Shown here piece after piece: positions 62,545 to 64,000 of a DNA stretch of 64,000 nucleotides (its first letter is position 1; every line of letters starts with the position of its first letter). Made by a program: the position numbers and the translations under genes. The notes under the pieces are model-generated. The model was not told where the DNA came from. It worked only from the letters and a program-made list of their open reading frames with translations, and ran no database searches. Location: assembly GCA_052327205.1 (NCBI GenBank), contig CM126213.1, forward strand, positions 120,156,001-120,220,000, given 5' to 3'. The DNA comes from Somniosus microcephalus. Lineage: Eukaryota.

Positions 62545-63280
62545 TCCATAAATGTTCTCTCCGCGACACCCTGGTCCACTCCTCTATCACCCCCAACACC
62601 CCTTCCCCTTCGCCCGACACCTTCCCGTGCAAGCGCAGGAGATGCAACACCTGCCCTTTTACCTCCTCCCTTCCCACTGTCCAGGGCCCCAAACACTCCT
62701 TCCAGGTGAAACAGCGATTTACTACTTGTACTTGCATATTAGTATACTGTTCGCTGCTCACGATGCGGTCTCCTCTACATTGGGGAGACCAAACGAAGAT
62801 TGGGTGACCGCTTTGCGGAACACCTCCGTTCAGTCCGCAAGCGTGACCCCGAGCTTCCGGTGGTCTGATACTTTAATTCTCCCCTCCACCTCCACTCTGA
62901 CCTTATCTCTCGATTAGGCACTTTAAAGCCTTCTGGACTCGGCAATTTCTGATCATAACCTCTGCCCCCATTTTTTTCAGATGGCAGCTGTTGATGATTT
63001 TGCTATTCCCATTTACACCTCCTCTAGATCCATCTTTTTGTTTACTTGTCCCATTACCATCTCCTTTTGCTTTGTACAATCATCTCTTTTGTCATTTAAT
63101 CGCTTCTGCCTTCCACCCCATCACAGACCTTCCCTTTTGTTCTTTCGTCCCCATCCCCCTTTCCCTGCCTCTGCACTTAAAACCTGATATCTCTAACTTT
63201 TTCCAGTTCTGATTGACCTGAAATGTTAACTCTGTTTCTGTCTTCACAGATATTTCCAGCATTTTCTGTTTTTATTTGCT
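62545..63280 (+). mobile_element. Penelope-like element fragment (GIY-YIG endonuclease and 3' end)
   Basis: FPCKRRRCNTCP, QRFTTC, then frameshifted LYIGETKRRLGDRFAEHLRSV. Confidence 0.85.
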
Positions 63281-64000
63281 TCCCCATAAACTTCTTTGCT
63301 CCATTGAATAAAGCCCTCCCCTCCCATTCCCGTTATCGTTTAGTGAATCTAAGCTGCACTTTTTCCTTGTACCCTATATACTTTTTACAGTCCAGTGCTT
63401 AAAATGACACACAGTATGCCAGCTGAGTCCTAACCATTGTGTTGTATGTATTCATTATCACCTTGCTTTTTGTTCCTTGCCTGCATATTTAAAACCAAAA
63501 ATCCTATTCCATTTGCATACCTGGTTTTGAAATCTCTGTATCTGCACTTTGAGATTTCATTGAGAATTTGGTATGTTTCAATTCGCTTTTCCTTTTCCCA
63601 CAATGTGTTACTTCAAACTTATCTAATGAGCTGCATATGCCTCCTCTATTTTCTATATCTTTCAGAGTTTTCCCTCGCAGTTTACCTTGTCCCTAATTTG
63701 GTATCAACAGCTCATTTTTCTCAGTGTCCAAATCATTTATGTAGGATGAAAGGTCCCAACTCTGATCCTTGGGATGCACTACTGACTACATCTGACCAGT
63801 CTGAGAAACAGTCACTTGCCTCTTCTATGCTTTATATCCTTTAGCTATCCATATTGTAACTTCACCTTTAAAACATTAGGCCTTTTTTGCAAGTTTTATG
63901 CTGCGTATTCATAAAAGACACACCTTCCTAAGCTGGGGTCCATTCTATGAATTTAAATTACACCTCTAGCTTAGAGACCAGAGCCATGTATACCCTTTGG

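Overview
Vertebrate genomic DNA, most likely a cartilaginous fish (inferred from CR1/HE1/Deu-type SINE and Penelope repeats). Bases 1-21.5 kb hold five LTR retroelements, all on the minus strand, in two nests. Nest 1 is Gypsy > Gypsy > BEL/Pao. Nest 2 is a pol-less ERV/Gypsy-like element > a deleted BEL/Pao element. Paired LTRs and TSDs could be read for four of the five; the outer Gypsy runs off the window. From ~24.9 kb the first six coding exons of FAM98B run on the plus strand. Its introns hold CR1/L2/RTE-X LINE pieces, SINEs, pogo-, hAT- and Harbinger-type MITEs, a Penelope fragment and an apparently intact two-gene Harbinger transposon. Most unusual: (i) a very young BEL element whose LTR has a 68-bp inverted repeat that extends over a non-tRNA-like primer site, suggesting self-priming or a dsRNA hairpin; (ii) that element's single 747-aa ORF stays in frame across three large deletions; (iii) its pol-less host encodes a reconstructable 404-aa hydrophobic/coiled-coil protein and has an internal splice acceptor. 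All calls were made by eye; no database searches were run.
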